A stretch of 64,000 nt of DNA from Psammoneis japonica (Eukaryota). The notes under the pieces are model-generated. The model saw nothing but the letters and a program-made list of their open reading frames with translations, did not search any database and was not told where the DNA came from. The first letter of the stretch is position 1. Every line of letters starts with the position of its first letter. Positions 22,486-35,358 of the stretch are shown one piece after another. The translations under genes and the position numbers were made by a program. The stretch covers positions 121,330 to 185,329 of the forward strand of contig QPGO01000032.1 of the NCBI GenBank assembly GCA_008632985.1. The letters run 5' to 3'.

Positions 22486-25153
22486 TTAACGCCGCCCCGG
22501 ACCTGGAGATGGACCTGGAGCTTTCGCTTTACCCTTCTTCCCTGCCGCTGTGGGGGCCGGTGTGGGGGGCGGTGTGGGAGCCGGGGTGGGTGCCGGGGTG
22601 GGAGCCGGGGTGGGTGCCGGTGTAGCTGTCGGTACAGTCGGCATTGGCGTCGGACGCTCCGGTATGCAAAAGTCAAGCCTATCGTCATCATCGCAGGTGC
22701 TTCCATCCTCAGCTGTTGCAGAAACTGTCACGGTCTTGTTGATACACTGGGGCGTGCAACTGTCGATCGTGCCTGGTTCAATGACGCCGCGTGTCTCGTT
22801 CGCTGGAACAGTCAAGCCGTCAACTGGCAACAGATCCCTCTCTTCTCCATTGCATGTACGCACAAGCTCATCGATCTCCAAGGACACATCACCCGGGTTC
22901 CCTATGACGTACGTGTAATTCACATCAACAAGACATTGGGAATCGATAGAGCCATCCTGGCTCCTGCATCCCTTAATCTGCAAGGCACCAAACGAATCGT
23001 CGAGACTAATGGGCGCGTTTGGATTGGTACCAGACGCATCAAAGATGTTTTCTTGATTGACAGCATTAAGACCCGACGCCACATCGATGATGGTGCAGTT
23101 GAGCTCCGTTGGGAGGCAAGTACCGTTCACGGCACCAATGGTGATGGTCTGATCGAGTCTGACGGTGCAGTTGCAGTATACCCTCTCCGTATCTACACAT
23201 ACGATCAAAGCTGAACCGGCATCAGGAATGGTATTCTCTCCGAAATCGGTACATAATGCATTTGGTTGATCGTTATCGTCCTCAGAACACGGAATATTAA
23301 TCCAAGATATAGTCAAGCGGTCAATGCACTCGCCACCGGTACAGGTTTCTGGGGGAGGAATAATGTCTTCGCAGGGTGCACCAGAGTCTCTGAGGATACA
23401 GTCCAACGAGACCTGAAGAGATTTAATCAATCAATCAACGTCAGGTTAGAAGAATAGTCATAAGGTTCACATAGAGATGAGATGATATCGTGATATTGAG
23501 AGATCCAACTTACGTCCACATCACACGCCAAGAATTCAATGCAAAATTCGTCAGATTCGCTGTCTTCACAAACAGTTCCTTCTTCGTCCTCAGCCCTGAC
23601 AGTAACGTCGGTCGTATAGCAATCGTCAATACAGCGGTCCAACACTTGATTTTCCATAGGGTTTACGCTTTGTCCCGGCTGAAGAGTTGTAGGATCGACA
23701 ATATCAATCAAATCGTCGGTTTCGCCATTGCGGGTGCGCAAAAGTTCAAGGATAGTAAAGATCGTGTCACCTGTATTCGTGACTGGGTAAGAGTATTTTA
23801 GATCCAAGAAGCAATCGTTGTTGTTTCCATCCACATCCTCACATCTCTTCAGTGTAATGCTACCAAACTTGTCTTGGAGTTGCAAATCGACCGTTCCCGA
23901 AGCATCGAAAGTGACCTCTTGGCAGAACGTATCTTCGGGGTTTGAGATAGTGATAACACACGTAATGGTGTCGGGTAGAACAGAACCTTCGTCAGCTTCA
24001 AGAGTGAAGAAGCGGAATGAGCTGTTTGGGCGGATGGCATCGTCTTGAAAGGAGAAACCGGTTCCCGTACAGCTGACTGTCAGAAGATCAGCATTCCTGC
24101 ATATCTCTTCGTTGATAGTAGTATCCATGCAAGTGAAGGTACCGTCGGTCTCCTGACTGTTGTCACTCGTATCACATGTGCAATAGTTGTACTCAAATTC
24201 GAGCTGTGTAAGTGGCTCGCCACCTGCATCGCAATTTGCATCAATCGGTGGGATGTCGTCACAGTCCGTACCAGCCATAACGTCGTCGGCTCCAGTGGCG
24301 ACCTCGCAGTCAATGCCCACCTGTTTGTTCAGAAAAACGAAAACGGAACGGTGTGTTAGCTTAGGGCGTTCATCGACAATAGTAGAAAAGTTTTGGCAGA
24401 AAAACATGTCATCAGTCTTACATCAACATCGCACACTCCAGTCGGCTGCGGCGTGGGTGCTGGCGTTGGCAGAGGAGTAGGGCCAGGAGTCGGATCCGGC
24501 GTAGGACCAGGTGTAGGCGAGGGAGTAGGAGACGGTGTTGGTCCGGGTGTTGGTGCTGGCGTCGGCCCTGGCGTCGGAGCCGGCGTTGGCGGTAGAGTCG
24601 GCCCTGGCGAAGGCGGAGGAGTGGGACCAGGAGAGGGTGCTGGTGTAGGTGGCGGAGTTGGTCCGGGTGTTGGTGCTGGAGTCGGCCCTGGCGTCGGAGC
24701 CGGCGTTGGCGGTGGAGTCGGCCCTGGCGAAGGCGGAGGAGTGGGACCTGGAGAAGGTGCTGGTGTAGGCGGCGGAGTTGGTCCGGGTGTTGGTGCTGGA
24801 GTCGGCCCTGGCGTCGGCCCTGGTGAAGGCGGAGGAGTGGGACCAGGAGAGGGTGCTGGTGTAGGCGTCGGCGTTGGTCCGGGTGTCGGGTCCGGCGTAG
24901 GTCCTGGCGTAGGCGATGGCGTCGGCGCAGGTGTTGGAGGGGGTGAGGGAGATGGCGTAATACTTTGGCTGGATATTTGAAGCAATCTTAGCCAATACTG
25001 GCTTTCTTCATCTTCCAACAGGCCGGATCCATCATATCGATGCTCTTTCTTAGAGGAGGTGTCCTCTCGATTACCGCCGAAATGGTTCTCTTGGTCAGCA
25101 GAAGAAGCCAAACGGCAGGTTACTGCCAGTATCGTAATTGACCACACTCTCAT
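22486..25153 (-). CDS. Secreted Pro/Thr-rich, acidic Cys-rich protein, paralogue A; introns 24421-24321 and 23513-23413
   Basis: Signal peptide [24 protein letters not shown] (RXL), a long PTPAP/PSPGP tract, two Cys-rich modules each with a Y.Y.(V/I).N.G beta-sandwich-like segment, and a short basic tail. GT-AG introns are in frame. Confidence 0.85.
24445..24960 (-). repeat. Coding tandem repeat (12-bp PTPx/PSPx units with a ~120-bp higher-order period)
   Basis: GTCCGGGTGTTGGTGCTGG begins at 24541, 24661 and 24781. Confidence 0.9.
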
Positions 25154-25649
25154 GTCCTGCTTGTTCTGGGTTCTCTTGCACTGTCTGTTGGCAAAAGGAA
25201 AAAAGTGAGAAAGAACCGAAGAGAAAAAGTGACCTCCGGTACATTTCACGTGTTTGTTGTTTTGAAATGGTAACGATTAGACGTCAGCTCAACTAAATGC
25301 ATGTGTTTATTCCTTGATGTTTTGGAATCGATCATAATTTCATTTTCACCTTAAGTAATTAATGTTTTTGATTAAAGAGTTGAATTTGGACCATTATATG
25401 TGATGCCAAACGCATATGACTCTGCATGGTAACGATTTTTATAGAATCATTCATGGTTGAACATATTTCTTGTAGTAAATGTATGGAAGCTACTACGATA
25501 TTTTAGAAATTAAAAAATTTATATGTATATGATTATAGAACGTTTTACAACTATGATTAAGTTAATTGTTCTTCATTCTTAATACTCCGTCAGTTCGTCA
25601 GTGGCAAAATGGCGATTCTTTGCACGCACTGCAAGATGACGAAAGCAAC

Positions 25650-26617
25650 GGTACACTGTAGTACGGACGAAAGGAAATGGCTTTGTATCGATGCGTTGAG
25701 CCACCAGGCACCTATCAGCTCTCATCTCTTTGAAGCAATGGTGTGCTAATCGAAAGAACATTGTCATGGACGGGAGAGCCTCCCGGATGCAAATTTCTAC
25801 TTGCTGTACGTTCAAGGTCGCGTGGTCGCAACTGATTGATCACAAAATTGTGTGCAGCAAGGAGGTGATCTTGAATCTGTTATTGATAGATTTTGACCGT
25901 TCGAATGAAGACGAAGCGAAGACAAAATCCTTGCTACCGACCCAATCTCCAGGGCAAGAGAGAGCAGAGACCTCTGATGGTGCGCAAACTTTCAATGCGC
26001 GCCGTCAGCAAGACTACACTGCCGATTGAATGGCCCAGGTATTTTATCGGTTAATTACATCAACCACATTGCATGATTCATCTTCTGCGTTGCTATCATA
26101 TCACAGTTTTCCCTTGCAGAAGAACAAAATGCACCCGACCCATCTTCTTTTTCATGAGAGAGAGAACAGCGAAGCCAAGTAGAGTGTTCACTCGTCATGC
26201 AACCTTTTTTTTGTGATGATTGAAGGAATAAATGCAGAACCGATCAAAAAACCTTTCGCGCTCCAAGCGTATTGCAACAACTTGTCATTTCCTCCTCTCA
26301 CTGCCCACAGCAGAGGCAAAAGGGCGCTTTGTAGGGCATGAACAATCATTGCATGTCAATGTGATGCAGGTATGATCAGCGCGGAAATCGGAGGCAGCGA
26401 TATCGTGCTGCTACAAAGGCGATAGTTTACGCAACTCTGATTGTAGCACAATTCGAGAATAAAAGAAAATATGAAATCATTGAATTGCTAAAATATGAAC
26501 TTCTTCTCTGAAGGGGGGGGGGGGGGGGGGGCGAGGCGTTGTTCCATCATTTACTGCTGCTAAACCACTGTGTTTGGAACTTTTGCACGCGTTGTCTCAC
26601 CCCAAAAGAATTCGAAA
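25650..26617. repeat. 3' flank of paralogue B, duplicated at about 43430-44350
   Basis: Colinear identity, e.g. ATCGATGCGTTGAGCCACCAGGCACCT and TCACAGTTTTCC.TTGCAGAAGAACAAAATGC. The second copy lacks about 25795-26098. Confidence 0.9.
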
Positions 26618-29600
26618 CTAAGGATTGAAGGTGAGATCCGACCGTAGAGTCTGAAGGGCAAGCGTTTCATTGAGACTACTCCCCCTGGTAAATGCGACAA
26701 TTATTGGGCCCGGTGCGGTAGCAAGGACGCGGTTGTAGAAGCGCGCAGGTTCAGAAGCATCCTGACATTCAAGGTTGGACGCCGCAACTTGTGCAAGAAA
26801 GCTTGAAAAGTCATAATTGTCCGTATATTCCAGACACTGGAACCTCCTAAAAGGGAACAAGCTGTTCCCTTCGAACACGGCCGTGCAGTTACGGTTGAAT
26901 GGAGCAACAATGGGGGTGGGGTTTGTGGCGTCCTCGCAACCATACGTTGCGCCAGAAAGCTCTTGAACAAATCCAGATAGTGGCTGGCAAGTCAGAGGAG
27001 TAGAGCCATCGTTGCCCGTAAAGGTGGGGTTACCAAACTGGAACCACGCTGAACAAGAGTATGGACGGCAGATGCCATCCCTGAAGCCACAAAATTCTAA
27101 AGCGCCACAGTCGTTGTCTACGCTGCATTCCGGGCCCGGGGTGGGAGGAGGGGTGGGAGTATTGGAAAGCTCCGCATCAATGAGGCGATCTGGGTAATTG
27201 GGATTGTAGACAAACTCCTCGACACGCGTGATGAGACCGTTAATGGTACTAGGGTTTGCGACACGGGTTGCGTACGTATAGAAAGGATCCCCATCAGAAC
27301 ACGTAAGGTCCGAGTTTGTCGTATCTTCCACAAATTGAGAGAAGTCTGTATCAGATGCATATTCCGAGCAAAAAAACTTCTGGAATTTATCCGGAAAGTC
27401 GGCTTCGCAGATGCGATTGAACTCAACTCTAAATTCCGGGTCCAAGAGCCTACAGCCCCAGTCCATTCCAACGGTTGATCTATCAGGCACATCGAAGGGA
27501 AAGCATGAGAGCGGCACCGTGCCATCATTTCCGGTAAAACTGGTGGGCCCGAACTCATACCATGATTCGCAGGAAAAGTCGCGGCATCGGTTGTCGGTGC
27601 CACAGAATGCCAAACCCATACGCCCACAGTCTGAGTTCATGGTGCAGTTCCCGGCACCGGTTGGAAATGGCGTGGGAGGTGGTGGCATAGTACCTGTAGG
27701 AGACGGTGCAGGGTAGGTGCAGGGGTCATAGGAGCTGTTGGCATAGTACTGTAGGAGACGGTGCAGGGGTAGGTGCAGGGGTCATAGGAGCTGTTGGCAA
27801 ATCAGGAGACGGTGCAGGGGTCGGAACTGGGCCCGGTGTCGGGAGGGGACGATCAGGAATACAGAAATTAAGGTCATCGTTATCTTCGCACACGCTTCCA
27901 TCTTCTGCATCTGCTTTAACAGTCACGGTCTTGTTGATACACTGGGGTGTGCAACTGTCGATCGTGCCTGGTTCAATGATGCCGCGTGACTCGCTCGCTG
28001 GAATAGTCAAGCCGTCAGGTGGCAACAGATCCCTCACTTCTCCGTTGCAGGTGCGCTCAATCTCAGTGATTTCCAAGGACACATCACCCGGGTTAGCTAT
28101 GACGTAAGTGTAATTCACATCAAAAAGACATTGGGAATCGATAACGCCGTCCTGGCTCCTGCATCCTTTAATCTGCAAGGCGCCGAACGTATCGTCGAGA
28201 CTAATGGGCGCGTTCGCATTGGTACCAGATGCATCAAAGATGTTTTCTTGATTGACAGCACTAAGACCCGACTCAACATCGATGATGGTGCAGTTGAGCT
28301 CCGTTGGGAGACAAGTGCCATTCACGGCGCCAATGGTGATGGTTTGATCGATTTTGACGGTGCAGTTGCAGTACACCCTCTCCGTATCTACACATAAGAT
28401 CAATGCTGAACCACCTTGAGGAATGGTATTCTCTTCGAAATCGGTACACAAGGCATTTGGTTGATCGTTATCGTCCTCGGTGCACAGAATATCAATCCAG
28501 GCAATAGTCAAGCGGTCAATGCACTCGCCACCGGTACAGGTCTCTGGGGGAGGTCTGATATCTTCGCAGGGTTCACCAGTGTCTGCGAGGATGCAGTCCA
28601 ACGATACCTGAAGAGATTTGTTCAAAAAATCAACGACAGGTTAGAAGAAAATCCACATAAGGTTCACATAGAGATGAGATGATATCGTGATATTGAGAGA
28701 TCCAACTTACGTCCACATCACACGACAAGAATTCAATGCAAAATTCGTCGGATTCGCTGTCTTCACAAACAGTTCCTTCTTCGTCCTCAGCCCTGACAGT
28801 AACGTCGGTCCTGTAGCAATCATCAATGCAACGGTCCAACACTTGATTTTCCATAGGGTTTACGCTCTGTCCAGGCTGAAGAGTTGTAGGATCGACAATG
28901 TCAATCAAGTCATCGGTTTCGCCATTGCGGGTGCGCAAAAGCTCAAGGATAGTAAAAATCGTGTCACCTGTATTCGTGACTGGGTAAGAGTATTTTAGAT
29001 CTAAGAAGCAATCGTTGTTGTTTCCATCATCATCCTCACATCTCTTCAGTGTAATGCTGCCAAACTTGTCTTGGAGTTGCAAATCGACCGTTCCCGAAGC
29101 ATCGAAAGTGACCTCTTGGCAGAACGTATCGTCGGGGTTTGCGATAGTGATAACACACGTAATGGTGTCAGGTAGAGCAGAACCTTCGTTAGCTTCAAGA
29201 GTGAAGAAGCGGAATGAGCTGTTTGGGCGGATAGCATCGTCTTGAAAAGAGAAACCGGTTCCCGTACAGCTGACTGTCAGAAGATCAGCATTCCTGCATA
29301 TCTCTTCGTTCATGGTAGTGTCCATGCAAGTGAAGGTACCATCGTTCTCCTGACTGTTGTCACTCGTATCACATGTGCAATAGTTATACTCAAATTCGAG
29401 CTGTGTAAGCGGTTCGCCGCCTGTATCGCAATTTGCCTCAATCGGTGGGATGTCGTCGCAGTCGGTACCAGCCATAACGTCGTCGGCTCCAGTGGCAACC
29501 TCGCAGTCAATGCTCACCTGTTTTGTTCAGAAAAACGAAAACGGAATGTGTTATCTCAGGGCGTTCATCGACGACAGTAGAAAAGTTTTGGCACAACAAC

Positions 29601-29979
29601 ATGTCATTATTCTTACATCAACGTCGCACTCTCCAGTCGGCTGCGGCGTGGGTGGAGGAGTTGGTAGTGGGGTGGGTGCTGGCGTTGGCAGAGGAGTAGG
29701 GCCAGGAGTGGGATCCGGCGTAGGACCAGGTGTAGGCGAGGGAGTAGGAGACTGTGTCGGTGTTGGAGGGGGTGAGGGTGATGGCGTAATACTTTCGCTT
29801 GATATTTGAAGCAATCTTAGCCAATACTGGCTTTCTTCATCTTCCAACAGGCCGGATCCATCATATCGAAGCTCTTTCTTTGAGGTGTCCTCTCGATTGC
29901 CGCCGAAATGGTTCTCTTGGTCAGCAGAAGAAGCCAAACGGCAGGTTGCTGCCAGTATCGTAATTGACCAGACTCTCAT
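26618..29979 (-). CDS. Secreted Pro/Thr- and Cys-rich protein, paralogue B (A/C chimera), with a 1-bp frameshift at about 27750
   Basis: Exons 1-2 are close to A and exon 3 is close to C. B has GGCATAGTACTGTAGG at ~27750, versus GGCATAGTACCTGTAGG in C and in the adjacent repeat unit. Either a pseudogene or an assembly error. Confidence 0.8.
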
Positions 29980-31499
29980 GTCCTGCTTGTTCGTGGGTTC
30001 TCTCTGCACTGTCTGTGGCAAAAGGAAAAAAGTGAAGGACCGACGAAAAACAGTGGCCTCGGTACTTTTTCCCTGTTTGTTTCTTAATTTTGACGATTAA
30101 ACGTCAGCTCAACTAATGCATGTGTTAATTCCTGTATGTTTTGGCATCGATCACAATTTCATTTCACCTAAAGTATTTAATGTTTTTTATTCAAAGTTGA
30201 ACGCCTATTGTGACTCTGCATGGTAACGATTTTTATGATATCATTCATGGTGAACAGTTCAAATCGTGTAAATATCGAAGCTACTGAACGACTTCTTTTT
30301 ATTTTAATTAATAAATGAATTTTTCTAAATTCTTAAGGGGGGTCATCCCCGCGTTTGTCCTCTAGAATTACCGTCGCATTATTTGAAGAAGGATATTTTT
30401 AGTGTTTATTTTTGAATCCAAAAATTGTTTACATTCACCCCCTGTCGCGCATGAAAACGAGAACATCAGGCACCGCGATCGAAGCACGACGATGACGGCA
30501 ATGTCGACATGGCTCAAAAACGCAGTGGTCCGTCCTCAAACATTTGATGCACACATGAACTTTGACACACAATGAACATAAAGTGAATGAGAGTTGACAG
30601 ATGGACCGCCTCCTCCGTCACAGACTTGTGGTTTGACATTTTCACCACGGTGAAGCATGGTGAAAATCAGGGAAAATGACGCAAATCACAAGCTGCTTGG
30701 TCAAATTTGGGCTAAAAAAAGCAGCAAATGACCCCCCTTGATGCTCCATCATTGCTGGACATCAGTCTTCATTTCTGTGGGCTGCAGCCCACTGCATGGC
30801 GCGTTGAAAGCTTTCCAAGCCCTGCTGCCACCAGAGCCAGCCAGCAGCTGGGCTCCTCCAAGCCAAGCAATGAGAGGATGCTCTGGCTGGTTCAGTCGTG
30901 GGGGTTGGCCAAGGATGGAGGACAGACAGACATGATGAGATCCCAGACATGAGACCAGCCAATGCATTGTTTCCTTGGTGGTCAGCATCGGAAGGGTTGC
31001 TTGCAACCATGGCCCACTGCAGCGACCATGTCTCACTGCAAAATTGTCATCCGTTGATGGCAGTCACCAACCAAGGTTTGGGGAGTGACATGTGTCCTCC
31101 ACATGCATCCAGTGTCAAATTCTGCACTTGGTGTGGAGCAATTTGATCAGGAAATTGGAGTCAAGGACTCGTGAACAGTCGCTGTTTTTCCCATGTTTTG
31201 CACACCAGCAATGCCCACATGGCATTGCTCAACGCAATGAGGATGGTCTCCTTCATGCAATGAAAAGCCACAATCATCTTGTCTGTTCCTCATGGGGGCC
31301 TCAATCCCATCTGAAGGAACTGGCCCCGTTCCATCGGCCATGGTTGATCTCCGCATTTGGTGTGGGTGTGGAGTCACAAATGTGTTCATGTGTGCACACA
31401 CATTGCAAATTCTCTTTGTTCATGTCAACTTGCTCAACTGAAGGCCCCACATGCTTGGTGCTCAACCAACACATGTCTGTCTGCGCCACAAATGTTTTG

Positions 31500-33240
31500 A
31501 CATGTTGGGCACATCAGAGGCCCGTTTTCATGAATCATCTCATGGTCGGACCAAAGGACAATGTTGCAGCTGGCATGTGTGAGTGTCATTGCATGAATTT
31601 GTTTGGGATGGATCATCACCATTTAACACAAATCACACCTGTTTGCCACAAATGGGTTCAATTGCAAACAAACAAATGTCCATGCAAACCAACAAACATC
31701 CGGGGATGTCAACAAACAGTCATCAACCCCAATGAGTGAGGCTCAACCCAATGAAAAAGGAAAACCAGAAATCTGTTTTACTGCTGCCTTGTCACTGCCC
31801 ACACCAACAATGCCCACAGTGGACCCACATTCCCCAGCACCCACAAATGGCAGCAGGGACAGTTTCAAATGCTGCCCAGCCACACCACTTGGGAGACACC
31901 AACAAAATGAACACTGCAGAAAACCAAACACGTGTCTGTCTCCAAAGACATTGTGCTTGAAGAGATGTGAGAGAAATTCCTGGGATGAAAAACACCCAAG
32001 AAAGTCCAACACAGACCCCAACAAAGAAAAGGAAATGATGATTGGAGTTGTCAGATGAAAGTTCCATCATGCGCAGAATTGCACAGAAATTGTGCACTGA
32101 AGCTGCAACATCAAAGAGCAAGAGGAGCAACAGCGAGACTTGGAAATGCCAGCCACTTGGAAGACTTGTGAATGACCCACTTTGGAACACCGTAGAACAC
32201 CCATCATGAATTGCAGCACATTTGGAAAGAAAACTCAAAGGAAGCATGTTGGTGAGAAGAACAAGAGAATGAACCTGACACAGTCATTGACTTGAAGTTC
32301 TGGCCAAATGCGCAGAATTGTGAATGAAATTTGCACTGAAACAACTGACTTGGAAGTTGCTGAATCGCATGGAATTTAACACAGAAAACATGCTGACATT
32401 GGGAAAGAAAATGCAAAGAGGTGTGACACCATGGTGGTGCCACTCCCCCAAATGTAGACACAACAGAGTGTCCCCTCCGACACCATTTGGTTTCTCTGTC
32501 ATTGGCGCACACAAGTGCCTGACATCCCAAAGTGCCCAAGGAGGTTGGCATTCCACCACACATTCACACGGGACAATCCTGCTGGCGAGGTGCAACCCAA
32601 TGAGTTTGCAATTCCAAACAAGTTGCTTGACAGGATTTCACTTTGCTTGTCATCACCAACCAGGTGATGACCAAATGCACAGTGTTCGGACTCATTTTCA
32701 GTTTTTGCTGTCAAAGTCAATCGGTTGACTTGTGTGTCAATGCAATTGTTCTCCATTGTCCCATCCATTTGTTGCATGTTGCTGCTGCAATTGATTGTCA
32801 ACAAGTGTGAGTGATCACTGCCAAGTTAATCTTGACCAAACTGCCACCAACTTCAGTTTGTAGATTTTGGCACAGTTGACCTGGTGGTCATCTTCATCAT
32901 CCGAGCCACCCTGTGCTTCTTGTTCTGCCACCCTTTGATCTTGCTCAGTTGCAACAGCTCTGCAGAGCTGTTCCCACTGGCTGAGGCGTCTGCTTGCAAC
33001 ATCTTGCTTGACCTCCATGACCATGTCAACAAAGAACTTGTTGGCCTTTGGTGACCACCCTTTGCTCTTCCTTGGTGTCTTGTGCTTCCTCGGCACTGCG
33101 CTTCCATCAGTGTCTTTTGGCTTTGCCGCCGTGAAATGCTTGAGTGTCCTGACAACCTTTCTCTTCTTGCTGGATGCATCCGCATTGTTTTGGATGTCAA
33201 ACAAGTGCTTTTGTAGCCTCGGTCAGAGCTGTGACTTGTG
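31500..33240. repeat. Dispersed TE family segments with copies at about 49825-50720 (inverted) and 63600-64000 (direct)
   Basis: 32630-33240 is the reverse complement of ~49825-50470 (both encode DIQNxAxASSKKRK...GWSPKANKFFVDMVME). 31500-31700 is inverted at ~50520-50720. 31760-31985 matches 63615-63998. Confidence 0.85.
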
Positions 33241-35103
33241 CTGCAGTCTTTGGCTTGTCTCTGATCTTCTTGACCATTGCGCCCCGTTTTGCAACGGACT
33301 CTTCCCTTGCACAAACATGCTCAGGTCCTGGTCATCCTTCTCCTCAGCTGTCATGAGGTCTGGCATGATGGTCTCCCACAAGTCATGGCATTGCTTCCCT
33401 CTTGGTCTGTTGAGCCTCCATTGTTGACCAACTCCAAGTTGTGATCCAACATCAAAGTCCCGCCCTTGTTTTGGCTCTTGCAGTTGGCATCATGCCACAC
33501 ATCGCAGTTGTTCTTAGGGGCATGTGCTGGGCAAACACCTCAGCGCACGCTGCACCCATCCTCTTGTCCTTGGCAATGCACTCTTTCCAGCATGTGTCTC
33601 CAACAATCGGGTGCAGCATGCAGTCATGGAGCACTGTCTGCAAAGCCGGGTTTCCCAAGCAATCTTGGAATCTTTTTGCGTATGGCAAGATGCAATTGTT
33701 GCCATTGCAGCATGCACAAAGAGCTTCATTTGTGGCAGGGAAAGCAAGTGATGACACTGTCAGCAACTTCAATGGCTGTTCTTGTTGCACCCTCCATTTG
33801 CACTCACTGTGGAACTTGTCCTGCTGCACCTGGCACACATTTGACCTCTCAATTGTCAGCCACTCCTGACACATCTTTTTTTGTTTCATTGTGAGCCACA
33901 GGTGGTGCAGGTGTGTTTTTGCTCTGGCTTGGGTAAATCCTGCAGCATCCCATCCATCATCTTGGGGCCACAATTTTGTTCACTGTCCCTGCAGAGCATG
34001 CCCGTTTCTTCCATTTCTTTGTCATTGAATGTGTGACACTGAGGAACAATGTTTCCTTGACGCATTCTCTTGCCTTTGCCATGTCCCCTGCTTCACCTTG
34101 GCATGATCGGCCATCCAATTGGTTGAACTTGTCTGCCACTCCACAATGACCATTGTCCTCCGCTGCTGCCGCAGCATTTTTTTCCAGTGTGTGCCAAAGC
34201 ACACTGAAGTGAGGTGATGGATGCAGTTGAGTCTTGCGGACAGTGTGCTTGCAACGGTTGTCTTTCTCCCTTCTGCATGTTTTTTCACTTGCCTGAATGG
34301 GGTCTTTTCCCCACATTTTTTTATTTGGCTGCACATCTGTGTTCCAATTTAAACAGATCCTCCCTCCAATTCAAAACTTTTCATCTTCAATGTCTGAACA
34401 TGTGTTTGTCTTGATGTCAATGTCTCTTTACAGCCAACTCTCCAATGGCTGTTGCCATCATGCCAAGTGACTCCCACTCAAAAATCAACCAAGTCTTCAC
34501 TCAATGATTTGATTCAAAAATCAATCCGACACCTGCACGCCAACAAATGGTTGTGAACAAGCATCCAATTGTTTCATCCTGCTTCTGCTGCCTTCCTTTT
34601 CCAATTGGACTCTCAGCTTGGCATGCCTTTTTGCCACCGTTGCCACCAATGCCGGCAAAATGTGCACCCTGCTCCAGTGCATCTGCCACAACTCAATTGA
34701 GCCAGCCATTCTGCATGCCACTGTTTTTGTTTTCCAAGAACAGCAAATTGCTTGTCAGTTGTCCGTTTCTGCCTCTGAGAAAGGCAAAGTGGCAAATCCC
34801 AGCACTGACTTCAATGCAGACAACAACCCACCCAGCAGTTTCCCACCTGCAGAAGACCCAGAGCTTTTTCCTGCACCTGACAAGGAAGCAGAGGAGGAGG
34901 AGGAGGAGGAGAAACGTGACGACAATTCCTCTCATTGCAAAATGTTTCCTGGCACTCTTTTGCTGCTTCTTTGTCTTCCCCTCTGGACAAGACATCTGAA
35001 GAACCCACCCTCCCCCTGATCTGCTGACTGTCCCACCCACCACTGCCAACTTGGATCCCTTGCATGGGGAGGCACCTGATCCACCAACCTTTTTACTTGT
35101 GGA

Positions 35104-35358
35104 GGAAGCTTTGCTGGAGCTGATCACACTGTGTGACAATTCCGGCACCACTCATCAATTTTGAAGTCAGTTGCTCACCCTGTTGCAACAATTTTGCAAG
35201 AAGTGGAAATTTGATTGTTCCAAGTGTTTTGGAAGCTTTGCTAGAGCTGATCACACTGTGTGACAATTCCGGCACCACTCATCAATTTTGAAGTCAGTTG
35301 CTCACCCTGTTGCAACAATTTTGCAAGAAGTGGAAATTTGATTGTTCCAAGTGTTTTG
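35104..35358 (+). repeat. 127-bp tandem duplication
   Basis: Units start at 35104 and 35231 and are identical except GCTGGAGC versus GCTAGAGC. Confidence 0.9.

Noticed and set aside
24393..24980. Gly/Val-rich elastin-like ORFs on the + strand (also 22550-22918, 45132-45830, 47350-47541)
   Set aside because: Antisense shadows of the Pro/Thr repeats; the signal peptides and splice sites are on the minus strand.
26512..26532. Poly-G tract as a functional G-quadruplex or switch
   Set aside because: Length differs among the three homologous copies; ordinary homopolymer instability or sequencing error explains it.
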